From: Histomonas meleagridis 2922-C6/04-290x | Taxonomy: Eukaryota; Protista; Parabasalia | Length of the DNA: 64,000 nucleotides | Direction of reading: 5' to 3' | NCBI GenBank assembly: GCA_020184695.1 | Contig: JAANOX010000153.1 | Coordinates: forward strand, 248,001 to 312,000 | Shown here: positions 52,975-63,578 of the stretch, one piece after another | Layout: each line of letters opens with the position of its first letter | Numbering within the stretch: the stretch's first letter is position 1 | Notes under the pieces: generated by a model | What the model was told of the DNA's origin: nothing | Database searches by the model: none | Seen by the model: only the letters and a program-made list of their open reading frames with translations | Made by a program: the position numbers and the translations under genes

Positions 52975-53529
52975 ATGAAAAGAATAAATGTGGATCAAAG
53001 TGGCGTAAGATCCGTAAATCAATCTCAGTTTCTTGATCCACCAGAGGGATATGGAATTGTAACAGAATCTATATCCCGCTGTGGGCCAATTTCACCAAAT
53101 AATTTGAATTTTTTATCATTATATGACTTTAAAACAGTTCTTTTTATTAGTGAAGATACTCAGTCTCAACGGGTCGCGAATTACTGGCAAGAAAGAGGAG
53201 CTAAATCAATAAGAATTGGAATTTATTCGACCAGGTCCAATCTTCAATGGAGGACTCAGCTAGACGAATTGGTAAAGATAACTTTGCAATACATTCTTGA
53301 TAGTTCTAATTATCCACTTCTTATTTCATCTACATCAGCACTTCATCTTTGTACAATTATTGGTTGCCTTCGAAGAATTCAAAGCTGGAGCATGTGCGCA
53401 ATAATGGATGAGTTTAGTAGGTTTACGCAAGACCAACCATTATCTCTATACAAAAATTATGTAGAGATGTTTGATTTTGATTTGGTCAATATTCCACCAT
53501 CAGCCGATGGCACGATAATTCCTCAATAA
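52975..53529 (+). CDS. Siw14/OCA-family (plant-and-fungi atypical dual-specificity) phosphatase-like protein
   Basis: PPEGYGIV...SRCG.I..NNL.FL..Y..KT, NYPLLI....LHLCTIIGCLRRIQSW...AI.DEF.RF; catalytic Cys appears replaced (ISSTSALH), so possibly a pseudophosphatase. Confidence 0.75.
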   Translation: MKRINVDQSGVRSVNQSQFLDPPEGYGIVTESISRCGPISPNNLNFLSLYDFKTVLFISEDTQSQRVANYWQERGAKSIRIGIYSTRSNLQWRTQLDELVKITLQYILDSSNYPLLISSTSALHLCTIIGCLRRIQSWSMCAIMDEFSRFTQDQPLSLYKNYVEMFDFDLVNIPPSADGTIIPQ

Positions 53530-54115
53530 ATATCAATATGAACTTAGTAAAATTTTTACATAAAAACGAGATAATTTTTCCATTTAAAGAAACATTATTT
53601 TAAAATAAAAAGTAAAATTTTCATAATATTTATTCATTAACCATTCTTAGACTCAAAAATAAGTATCGCATCATAGAATTCACATACATTATAGATCGTT
53701 TTATCAACAAATTTATTCCATTTGCATAAATATGAAAGGATTTTGAAACATTTATAATGATGATATTAATAAAAATAATTTTCTAATATAAAGAATCAAA
53801 TTATAACATAAATATTATATAAAACAAATAAATATATTTGTAGCATTTACAGCAATTTCTTCTTGTTTTTGGAGTAATTAAAATACTTCTATATAACATT
53901 CAGATGAATGAATTATCGACTGATCCAAATCTAATGGATTTACTTTTTTTAAATATTTCCAAATAGAATACAAAATCATCAAATTATAGAAATATATTTA
54001 AAGAAAATAAGAAATTCCTTAAATGATATCAAATGCTTTTAATTAGGATACAACATTTAGTGTTGATCTCATTTTGTAGTAAAAAAACTTATAACGAAAA
54101 AATAATAATTTTTAT

Positions 54116-54940
54116 TTACCAATCAATATCATCACTTCCAAATTGATCATCACTATCCTTATTATCTGTGTATGTAAGAATGCTCTTCTTAAGCACAATA
54201 AATAACACTTGGCCATATTGTCTTAGCCTTAGGAATTTGACAGCAATTAAAGTTGCAATATCCCAAGAAATGAATTCGACAAATTCATTATTCATAAAAC
54301 ATCCTGCCATGATCTCACAAAATGTTGAATCTCTGTCAAAGGAAAGAAACATGTATTGCTCTGAGTTTTCATGGAATTTGGATTTGACCGTTTGAAGAAA
54401 TTGTTCATCGATTATTTTTAAATTATCAAAAAGATCATTTACTGGTTGCAAAATCGAATCTTGAAGTTCTAGGGAACCTTTCTTATTTGCAGTTCTGAAA
54501 GAATTAAAATGATCAATGAAATAGATCGAAAAATCATCTGTTGGTAATGGAATTGGAAGAAAAGAAACTAAATTTCTGAATAAAATTCCAAAGTTATATT
54601 TACCTCCTCTAGTTGTTGGTGAAACATATACACCAATTGAATCAAATTTTTCATTTGATAACTTCAAATATTTTTCGTTTTTGTGGCATTTCTCAACAAC
54701 TTCTTGAATTGGATTTTTGCTTAAGTCTTCAACTGAATCAACGATTGCATAGCTATCTGGGAAAGTATTTTTAATAGTTATCATTCCAATTTCTTGGCAA
54801 AGAATATATGAAAGGAATGGCCGTGGTTCCTGCTTCATATCCTTAATTAACAGTTTATATAATGAAAGACCAAATTTACTAATTTTTTGTGATTCTTCCA
54901 TTTGGTTTGAAATGCTTAACGTCTCCCAAACAGCCGCCAT
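54116..54940 (-). CDS. Hypothetical protein
   Basis: 274-aa ORF from ATG; no confident domain. Confidence 0.7.
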   Translation of the reverse strand: MAAVWETLSISNQMEESQKISKFGLSLYKLLIKDMKQEPRPFLSYILCQEIGMITIKNTFPDSYAIVDSVEDLSKNPIQEVVEKCHKNEKYLKLSNEKFDSIGVYVSPTTRGGKYNFGILFRNLVSFLPIPLPTDDFSIYFIDHFNSFRTANKKGSLELQDSILQPVNDLFDNLKIIDEQFLQTVKSKFHENSEQYMFLSFDRDSTFCEIMAGCFMNNEFVEFISWDIATLIAVKFLRLRQYGQVLFIVLKKSILTYTDNKDSDDQFGSDDIDW

Positions 54941-55002
54941 TAGGAAATGTAAAGTATTTAAAATATTGCTTATAACAAAAGTGACAAAATTCGTTTGTTT
55001 AA

Positions 55003-55893
55003 ATGAATAGATCTACTAGAACAACAGCACAAAATTCAACAAGAAGAACTACTCGAACAAACCCAAGATCACCCAAAAGGACACCTCGAAAAACGCCAAG
55101 AGAAAGCAATAAGAAAATCACAATTAAAATAAATTCACCACCAATGCGTGTTTTCTGTTTAATAGCCCATCCTGAACCAAACCGCCGTTCTTTCTGTCAT
55201 GCAGTATATCGTAAAACAATAGAAACACTACGCTTAAATAATCATGAAGTCATGACATCAGATCTTTATGATTGCAATTTTACTCAACTCCCAACTCTTG
55301 ATGATTTTGATGAACCAGATCCAAATCTTTCATATCAAGACCATCAAAAGCGCGGATTATACAATGAAGAAATTCTTCGTTATCAATCTCGAATTGAATG
55401 GTGCACACACTTACTTCTTTTCACTCCACTTCATTGGCTTTCACCATCTGCGGCTCTTATGAGCTTTTGGGAGAAAGTTTTTGGTGAAGGATGGGCGTTT
55501 ACAGAAAGTCAATCATATACCAAAGGGTTTATGGCAGGCAAAAAAGCAATGGTTATAGTTACTGTGGGTCAAGAGCAGATGTATTATGGGAAAGATTCAC
55601 TTAACATTTCGATTGAAGAATTAATGTATCCGTTAACATTTCGATGTTTTGCTAAATGCGGCTTTACGCCACTACGAACACAAGCATTCTTTGGCTTATA
55701 TACCGCTGATGCACAAAAAAGAATCGATATGTTAAATGCATGGGGAGAACATGTGCTCGATTTGTGGTCAAGAGAATCAATTAAATTCGAAATAAGCGGA
55801 AATAACCAAACGGATACAAAAAACAACAGAGAAATACTTGCAGAACTTGGCGATTACCCATTAATGAAACCGAAAGAACCCATTTTCTTTTGA
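55003..55893 (+). CDS. NAD(P)H:quinone oxidoreductase (Flavodoxin_2 / NQO1-KefF family) with basic N-terminal extension
   Basis: LIAHPEPNRRSF, SDLY, PLHWLSPSAALMSFWEKVF, GKKAMVIVTVG, GFTPL. Confidence 0.88.
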   Translation: MNRSTRTTAQNSTRRTTRTNPRSPKRTPRKTPRESNKKITIKINSPPMRVFCLIAHPEPNRRSFCHAVYRKTIETLRLNNHEVMTSDLYDCNFTQLPTLDDFDEPDPNLSYQDHQKRGLYNEEILRYQSRIEWCTHLLLFTPLHWLSPSAALMSFWEKVFGEGWAFTESQSYTKGFMAGKKAMVIVTVGQEQMYYGKDSLNISIEELMYPLTFRCFAKCGFTPLRTQAFFGLYTADAQKRIDMLNAWGEHVLDLWSRESIKFEISGNNQTDTKNNREILAELGDYPLMKPKEPIFF

Positions 55894-56789
55894 TATGTAA
55901 ATAATGTATATGTTGAAAGCATTTTATATAACTGTTTGACATCTGTATAATTAATTATTCATTAAAATAAAGTATAGACAATAATAATGTTCTTATTTTG
56001 ATCAATTTCATTTATTGTGACAAAATTGCCAACGAAATGTTATTTTCATAATTTTTATTTAACTTAAAAAAATAGTTAAAGATGATATTTTTATTCAGAT
56101 TTTAATATGGAGGGGCGTGTAATTAAAAACGTGATTCACTACTATGATAGCTTTTATAGTTATGAATTTTTTCCATAATTAGCTTATATTAATCGAGAAA
56201 AAAATTCGATGAAATTAAGATATTGTTTCGCAATTTTTAAAAATTCAATATTGTGTGTTATCATTTACCTCCAATAAATTATTTCTTTATTTACAATTAT
56301 TATTTTGAATTAATCTAGCAATTCCATTATTTCCATTTTCGCTTGCAATAATTCCTGCTGTTCGAAATGATTTGAATGATTTCCGAATAATATTTTAATA
56401 TATCAAATTATTATAATACACATAGAACAATATTAAAATATATCTTTAGGAAATTTCCGAATATTAAGGAATTTTGTAAGTGCGTTCATAATTTTGTTTT
56501 TGTTTTGCTTCTCTTCAAAAATTTCAAATTCTTTTTAAAATTCTAAATGAATCTCAAAACATTTATTTCCAATTACAAAACAAATCATTTGAGCAATAAT
56601 AACATTTCTGTTGTAAAACAGTGAAAATTCAACCGTTAAAAACGAACAAAATTTGTACGTTTGTTTGGATGGTTCCCTTTTTATAGGATATGTATATCTT
56701 TTTTTTATTACATGTATAAGAATCTTAACAATAGCAGTTGGATAAAAATGAATTTATTATCAAGTTTTTCAGAATTTCCCAAATTTTAA

Positions 56790-57008
56790 ATGGATGTTTG
56801 GAACAATTTATCCATAGAAACTATCAATCGTCTAATCAAATCAATGCCAAAAAGACTAAAAGCATGTGTTTCCAACCAAGGAAATACAGTTCTCAAATAT
56901 TGAATTGTTTAGACGATATCATAGAAAAAGTCAAATGATAAACCGCTTCATATTGTAAAGCACAAGTTTTTAAATCCCATCGTTTCAACCGTTTTTGAGT
57001 CCGCTGTA
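56790..57008 (+). mobile_element. Tc1/IS630-like transposon right-end remnant
   Basis: Frame not in ORF track reads MDVWNNLSIETINRLIKSMPKRLKACVSNQGNTVLKY*, resembling the Tc1 transposase C-terminus. Followed by ...TTTTGAGTCCGCTG|TA, a CAG-ended TIR-like end plus TA. No matching left end found. Confidence 0.5.
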
Positions 57009-57123
57009 AAATCACGTTTCCTATAAACATGCAAAATAATTGCATTAATATTTGTAATTTAACATGTTAAATTAATAAAAAATTTACATATATTTTAATA
57101 ATAATAATTAGTGAGAACCAGTT

Positions 57124-57924
57124 CTAGCTCTCCAACGCTTCTTTGATTGTTTCGATTTCTTTGATTTGCTTGTTTCTAAGTGTCAACAATAACTCACATT
57201 TTTCTGTATGAGCTATTTTTAATTGGTTGAGTTTTCGACTTAGTTTTCCGATAATTATACTTTCGTTTGTTGGATTTTCCTTTTTTTCTTCTTCATTGCT
57301 GTAAATTTCTGCTTCATATTTTAATTTGTTGTTTTTTTGTATTTTTAATTTTAATTTGGCTTTTAGTTTTGAAATTCGCTCCTTTTGTTCCTGTATTTCT
57401 TGGTATTTCCAAGAAAATTTATATGAATCAATTTGTGATTGAATTTGATCAATTTCTTCTTGTGTTTCTTGACATGATGTCATTAATAGTTGCGCAACTC
57501 TCTCGCCTTCACGAACCTCATTTGTAAGCATATGAATTGAATTTGGAGAATAAATTTGTTCAAGATAATAAATTTGATGCTCTAATGATTCGCTTTCATT
57601 TTGATAATTAACTTGAGCAGATGTGAATTTTTCTTTGTTTGTTATACGAGATTTCTTTGATAATGTTTCTTGTATCTGTTCACATTTTTTTCGTAATGGT
57701 TTTATTTCACATTGCAATTCAGCAATTTCCTGTGATAGTTGAACATACTCATTCCACAAAGTTGTTTGTTCTGTTGAATTGGAAAACTGAGAATTTTTTT
57801 TATTTGAACGGTTTCGTAAATTCCCTGTAGTTTGAATCGTAATTTGGCGGGGCGTTATATTACGACTCGAACTCGTTGTTTTATATGATCTTGAAGAGTT
57901 TGCTCTCCAATTCATAGATTCCAC
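57124..57924 (-). CDS. Hypothetical coiled-coil protein
   Basis: 266-aa ORF from ATG. Confidence 0.75.
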   Translation of the reverse strand: MESMNWRANSSRSYKTTSSSRNITPRQITIQTTGNLRNRSNKKNSQFSNSTEQTTLWNEYVQLSQEIAELQCEIKPLRKKCEQIQETLSKKSRITNKEKFTSAQVNYQNESESLEHQIYYLEQIYSPNSIHMLTNEVREGERVAQLLMTSCQETQEEIDQIQSQIDSYKFSWKYQEIQEQKERISKLKAKLKLKIQKNNKLKYEAEIYSNEEEKKENPTNESIIIGKLSRKLNQLKIAHTEKCELLLTLRNKQIKEIETIKEALES

Positions 57925-58034
57925 AGATCAGCAACCAACAATAACGTATATTAACGTATTTCTTCAAAGTTGTGAACAGTCTCAAGACTCATATTCGTAA
58001 CTACGAATAAAAAATTATAAAAAGAATAAAACTA

Positions 58035-58799
58035 TTATAACAAACATTTAATATTTTGTTTCTCTCTAAGAGCCTTGGCTACAATACATGCTGGTTTTCC
58101 ATTTGGTGTGGCAGAAAGTCTCTGAATTATCTCAAAGCCAAAGCGATCGCCTTCTATTATCATTGGGACAATTTTTGATAGAACAAATTTCATGATATCT
58201 TGTGATGCATTTGCTGCAATTACAATATGATCTATAGGCAACTCGCTAAAGTGATTTGAAATCAGGCTTTGAACAGTTGGTAAAAGCGAAGGATTTTTTG
58301 CTAACGCAAGAATTGAACCTTTTGCTAGTTCGGATTCTGTTACTTCTGTAGAAACGTCATCACCATCTAATATCTGAGAAGAAATCACGTAAGGTAGAAA
58401 TGTTTCATTTGTGTATGAATTTAAGATATTTGAGATTGAATTATCACGAATAAAGGAAGAAACAATGGATTTTGCTTTTAGCCTTCCGTCTGGTACAAGT
58501 TTAACATAGCTTCTAAATACAGAAATTAGAGTTTCTCTTCGTGGGCGCTTATTAAGAGCGATTATTAATAAATAATCTTGCATTTCTTTTGCTAAATGAG
58601 GTGGATGAATAAATTCTGCAACAGTAGGAAGATATCTTTGATATATTTGGGGATTTTGAAAATAATTCGAATATTCCATTGATATTTTTAATATTTGCTC
58701 AACTTGATTTGGCTTCCACTTAGCAGGATCAGATACTATTTTCAAAAATTTTTTCAGACTTTTGACTTTGTCTTCGTATTGGCTTTTTTTTTGGTTCAT
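58035..58799 (-). CDS. Hypothetical alpha-helical protein
   Basis: 254-aa ORF from ATG. Confidence 0.75.
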   Translation of the reverse strand: MNQKKSQYEDKVKSLKKFLKIVSDPAKWKPNQVEQILKISMEYSNYFQNPQIYQRYLPTVAEFIHPPHLAKEMQDYLLIIALNKRPRRETLISVFRSYVKLVPDGRLKAKSIVSSFIRDNSISNILNSYTNETFLPYVISSQILDGDDVSTEVTESELAKGSILALAKNPSLLPTVQSLISNHFSELPIDHIVIAANASQDIMKFVLSKIVPMIIEGDRFGFEIIQRLSATPNGKPACIVAKALREKQNIKCLL

Positions 58800-59096
58800 A
58801 TGTTAGGGTGCCCCTAACATGTGTGATTGAAGAAAAAAAAATTCCATCATTGAAAAGCAAATTTTAATATTACTAACTACCCAGTGACCAACAACTTACA
58901 CAAGAATTAAATTTTATAGGCTTACAAATATTATGTAAATTAGTATTATTAACAATTATTAAGCATTGAATTATTATATCATTAAGTCATATAGCTATAA
59001 ATATCTCACATGAAGCCACTATAAATTAGCAAAGTAATTTTTCAATATAAAAAAATTTATTATAAAAATTTATTTAAAACAAAAAAGATAAATATA

Positions 59097-59552
59097 TCAA
59101 ACAATTTGTGATGTATTAGCTAGGACTTTTATAACATAATATATGGAAAAAGAATAGTGAATTGTTGATGCAAATCTTTGCAATGCCCAAAATGTCAGAG
59201 AAACTCCATTATTCCACAAATCATATATGTCATTTTCATTTCCCATATGTGCAAATTGTATAATAATATTGATAATAAATGTAATTAGATAAATACCAAT
59301 GGAAACAAATAATGGCCAATACTTCCGAAACACACCGTTGTACCCTCCAAACCTAACTTCCCTAAGCGTTGTTAGCATGAAAAACCAAGAGAAGAATTGA
59401 AGAAGAATTGTCACTATTTGAATCATCCAAAAAATTACATTTGTAAAAGAAGAATTACTTACATATGGAACATAAATAATATTTATGCTGAAATCTAGTA
59501 TACACGTCAAAATAACAAGTGATGCAATTGTTTTAAGTTGTTGAGGTGCCAT
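59097..59552 (-). CDS. TMEM138: TMEM138-like ciliary membrane protein
   Basis: Multi-TM 151-aa protein; ...F.G....F.K....IYL...IW...L...LQRFAS..HY pattern resembles TMEM138. Confidence 0.65.
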   Translation of the reverse strand: MAPQQLKTIASLVILTCILDFSINIIYVPYVSNSSFTNVIFWMIQIVTILLQFFSWFFMLTTLREVRFGGYNGVFRKYWPLFVSIGIYLITFIINIIIQFAHMGNENDIYDLWNNGVSLTFWALQRFASTIHYSFSIYYVIKVLANTSQIV

Positions 59553-59602
59553 TTTAAAGCATAAACGTTAATATGACGTTTATGTAAAGTTCTCAAAAAC
59601 TG

Positions 59603-59788
59603 GTGAATCAAATTTATATCATGAAGAAATCCATGCACGTCTCGGAAATACCAGATCAATTAATTAAATGCCGGTATTGTGGTGTCGAGGTGAGGCTAGG
59701 TGTCCTACCTTTTCATGAAAAATTATGTAAAGATGCACAATATACTAGTCAAACAACTCGATCATCATATGAATCCTATAAGCATTAA
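59603..59788 (+). CDS. Small C2HC zinc-finger protein
   Basis: CRYCGVEVRLGVLPFHEKLC. Confidence 0.5.
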   Translation: MNQIYIMKKSMHVSEIPDQLIKCRYCGVEVRLGVLPFHEKLCKDAQYTSQTTRSSYESYKH

Positions 59789-60134
59789 ACCATTGTACAG
59801 TGTTATACTCTGCCATTTAAAAGTTTGTATAATTTTTCATAAATTTTGATTTAATCAAAAATTATTCCATCTTTTATTTTTTTGTTCTTTGTCATGAGAT
59901 ATCTATAGCCTCCCCGAGTTTTTCCAGCTAGCTTAAAAAGCAGGAACATATTCGAATTTGAGCAAGATGATCATCATATTAATTACTAATTTAAAAACTA
60001 TTTTCTTATGAATTTTGATTATCTACATAGTTGTTCCGATTTAACTGATAAACAGATTGAAGAAGAAAATAAGATAATTCTAATGTTGAAAACAGGGCCC
60101 TGTTTTGTTGTAGACCGTTTATCCACGCTTACAG

Positions 60135-61568
60135 ATGGAGATTGACCAAGATTCTTTGGTTCAAGCAGTATGTAAAGACTGTTGTTGTCGCCCAAAGCTT
60201 GTCAAAGAAATCGTGGAATCTCTAAAAAAGACTCACTTGATTTTATTGATTGGATCATCAGGATCTGGAAAAACACGTCTTGCAAAATCAATTTTGATGC
60301 ATTTATTTGGAGAGTTTACAGAGATTTCATCAGTGGATGGATACGGAATCGATGAAAGAACATCACTTCATGAAATTATAACAAAAATGAAGTCTAAATC
60401 AATTTTAATAGAACAAATTGAAGATTTTTCAATGAAACTCACACCAAGAGATTTAAGGCTTACAGTGGTTCTATCAAATAATCTCAAAAAAGCAAACTTT
60501 GTAATCGCAACATCTAGAAATATTGTAGATATTGATGCATCAATACTATCACAATTTGATTTTCGTTTCTACCTTAAACCTCCTGACATTGAAGGGCGTC
60601 TTTCGCTTCTTATGAATCTTCCTCCAGATCTTGATTGTCCTCTTTCTAAACAAATCAAATCTCTTTCCGAAGAACAACGTATTGAAGTTCTTAAACAGTT
60701 TGCAGGACTTCAACCATCAGAACTTCTTCTTAGCAATTCATATGAATTTCGAGATTCTTATTCACAACTTGCTGGAGTTGATTCTATTCTCCAGAAGCTT
60801 GATTTTCTTGTTTTAAAACCATTAACAGAGCGCATTCTTTTTGATAAAATTGGAGTAAAATCACCACGAGGCATTTTATTAATCGGTCGTTCAGGCTGTG
60901 GTAAATCAATTATCTCCCGCACACTTGGCCATGCGTCACGAATTTCGTTTTTCGACATTTCTGGAGTTGAAATCATTTCGAAAGAATTTGGCGAAAGCGA
61001 AAAACGGTTGCATTCAATTTTTGAGAAGGCCCGATCGTCTTCTCCATCAATTGTTCTTTTTGATGATATTGACTCTATTGCTCCATGTCGGACATTTGGG
61101 CAATCTGTATCAGAAGCATCTGACCGACTCTTAACTACGTTACTTGTTGAAATGGATGGACTAAACGGAAGAGATGATGGAGTAATTATCTTAGCAACAA
61201 CAAGTCGAATCGATTCAATCGATCCCGCATTGCTAAGGCCAGGGAGGTTCGATTATATAATCGAAATCCCATATCCTGACGAGAATTCTCGAGGACAAAT
61301 ATTTGATCTGTATACAAAGGATATACATTTAGACGAACCACAGAAAACGCGCGAATTAGTGGTGAAATGTACAAACAATTTGTCTCCAGCAAACATAGAG
61401 GGAATAATTCGAGAGGCAGCTTTGATCACTTTGAGGAATGACTTGAATTCGTTGTCGATTCCTTTGAGTTCTTTCGAAAAGTCTTTGGAAAGGTACAAGA
61501 AGAAGAACGAAGAAAACAAATTAAATTTGGGAAATCAGACAAAAAAAGTTCGGAAAAGTCGTTTTTGA
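60135..61568 (+). CDS. Tandem AAA+ ATPase (CDC48/AFG2-like, degenerate first domain)
   Basis: GSSGSGKT; GILLIGRSGCGKS, VLFDDIDS, LLVEMDG, DPALLRPGRFD. Confidence 0.9.
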   Translation: MEIDQDSLVQAVCKDCCCRPKLVKEIVESLKKTHLILLIGSSGSGKTRLAKSILMHLFGEFTEISSVDGYGIDERTSLHEIITKMKSKSILIEQIEDFSMKLTPRDLRLTVVLSNNLKKANFVIATSRNIVDIDASILSQFDFRFYLKPPDIEGRLSLLMNLPPDLDCPLSKQIKSLSEEQRIEVLKQFAGLQPSELLLSNSYEFRDSYSQLAGVDSILQKLDFLVLKPLTERILFDKIGVKSPRGILLIGRSGCGKSIISRTLGHASRISFFDISGVEIISKEFGESEKRLHSIFEKARSSSPSIVLFDDIDSIAPCRTFGQSVSEASDRLLTTLLVEMDGLNGRDDGVIILATTSRIDSIDPALLRPGRFDYIIEIPYPDENSRGQIFDLYTKDIHLDEPQKTRELVVKCTNNLSPANIEGIIREAALITLRNDLNSLSIPLSSFEKSLERYKKKNEENKLNLGNQTKKVRKSRF

Positions 61569-61888
61569 ATTTATTTTTATTAAAAAATAGAATATGTTTT
61601 CTTTCTACTTGTATAAATTCTTTTTATATCTTTAAATTTTTTAAATAATTTATACATTTATCATAAATAGGATAAATAACATCAAAATTTGATAAAATTT
61701 TTGTTTCCTCAAAATAAAATAAGAACATTTCTAAACGAATACTATTAAATTCAAAAATTTTCTTATTTTAATATATTTGATCATCAAATTAAGTATAAAG
61801 CAAAAGCACATTAACTCATTGGAAAATACTTTATAATAATTTCAATACAAAAGTTTCAACAAATATATTTTAAAAATATAAATATATC

Positions 61889-63469
61889 TCATTCCAAACC
61901 AATATCAAACGAAAAGAAGCTTCCCCCGCCATTCTGCATCGGCAATATCTTCGGGCTCATTACTGCCCATTCGTACCAAACTTTTTTGTTGTCGGTTCTT
62001 CTTGCGAAAATCGCCTTCAGCACTTCGCCTTCGGTTACATTTATCTGCCGATTAATCGGAAAGTACACCGGAAGCCAACTTTCGAGGTTTTGTGTCCCAT
62101 TATATGGAGATGTTGATAGGATAACATCATCGAAAAGTACTGTTTCAAACCATCCGCCAAACCCAGAGAGTTCGCCAGTGGCAGCAATGGTGAAACTAAA
62201 CTCCTTTTTCTTGTACTTTTCATTATGGCCTGGATGTGAAAACTCTAAAAATGGCTGTGGTGAAGATAAGAGAATTGACGTCTTAAGTGGGGTGACAAGC
62301 ATTTGTTGTAATTTTCCTTCATGAAATGATTTGCACCAAAGGTTTTGTGACATAAGTGGAACAATATAAGATGTATATTTTTGTGGAATTGAAATTGAAT
62401 CAGATGATAAAAATCGTTCACAACCTTCAATACATTCAGGCGAGAGCTCATTATCCCCAAAACCGCCAAGTAATTCTGAAACTAATATGTCAACTTCGCG
62501 TGGTAATTGAATTGTCCGCATATCTCCAAGAAATATTTCAACAGTACTTGGCCATTCTTTTTCTTTTCGCAATTGAAGAAGTTTAAAAGCATTTGGATTC
62601 TTTTCAATCACAAAAATGTGCTTAGCACCAGCTCGAATTGCACAGTCAACGATAGGTCCACGACCCGCCCCAACAACCGCCAATTGTATTGAATCTTTTT
62701 GACTTTTTTTTGCTTCGAGTGCTTTTTGGATTGCGAGCTGATATGAGAAATATTTAACTTTATCTGACTCAAACATCTCATAAAATGATGATTTTAAGTT
62801 TATGCTTGTTGTTTGAATTGGAGTTTGTAATAAATTATTTGCTTTTGATTTTGGTGTTGCTGAAATAAGAGAATACAATGAAGCAAATATACTTGGAAAA
62901 CCTGTAGTTGTAGGTTTGATAAAGACAGGAATAGAGCGTTCAAAAAACATAATTAATAAATTTTGGAATACATCATTCAATGAATAATCTGCTAAAAAAT
63001 GGTCTTGTGTAAGTGATACTGAGTATGTGTTTGCAGTCATCCATAATGATGCAGCTTCAATGTTGAGTTCAAGTTGTGGTGAAACAAAAAGATTTGGAGG
63101 ATTCCCACAAATTTCTGAAAACTTAAGCCACAACCCAAAGTTGCTTGTTAAAGCAGAGAATTTTATGTGCGGGAATTTTACAATTTGTGTTAGAAGATCA
63201 GAAGCAAATTTGAAAATATTTGAGGTATCAATATTAAAATATATAACTTTTGCTGAAAGATAATCACATAAGCTAATATCTTCATAGTTTATTTGGTTGA
63301 TTTCTATTCCTAATTCTGGAATTTGACTTGATTTTAATAAAGTAGGTGAATTCAACGAGGTTCTAATCGAATCAATATTTGTTCTGCATAAAGCTTGAGT
63401 AAAACTTTTTAGTAGATGTGATATTTTCGGATATTCCGATATTTCTTGGCATATAACACCAAACAACAT
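61889..63469 (-). CDS. PRMT5: Protein arginine methyltransferase 5 (Skb1/Hsl7 family)
   Basis: YEMFESDKVKY, VVGAGRGP, VIEKNPNA, DILVSELLGGFGDNELSPEC, SWLPVYFP; first ATG at 63469. Confidence 0.93.
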   Translation of the reverse strand: MLFGVICQEISEYPKISHLLKSFTQALCRTNIDSIRTSLNSPTLLKSSQIPELGIEINQINYEDISLCDYLSAKVIYFNIDTSNIFKFASDLLTQIVKFPHIKFSALTSNFGLWLKFSEICGNPPNLFVSPQLELNIEAASLWMTANTYSVSLTQDHFLADYSLNDVFQNLLIMFFERSIPVFIKPTTTGFPSIFASLYSLISATPKSKANNLLQTPIQTTSINLKSSFYEMFESDKVKYFSYQLAIQKALEAKKSQKDSIQLAVVGAGRGPIVDCAIRAGAKHIFVIEKNPNAFKLLQLRKEKEWPSTVEIFLGDMRTIQLPREVDILVSELLGGFGDNELSPECIEGCERFLSSDSISIPQKYTSYIVPLMSQNLWCKSFHEGKLQQMLVTPLKTSILLSSPQPFLEFSHPGHNEKYKKKEFSFTIAATGELSGFGGWFETVLFDDVILSTSPYNGTQNLESWLPVYFPINRQINVTEGEVLKAIFARRTDNKKVWYEWAVMSPKILPMQNGGGSFFSFDIGLE

Positions 63470-63578
63470 TAGTTTTGCCGGCAAAATTAGCCGTTTAAAA
63501 AAGTTCAAATTAACTTTTCAAAAATTTTGTTGTTAACTTTTTCATAAAAGTTTGGTTGGTCGTGATTTTATTTTAGAA

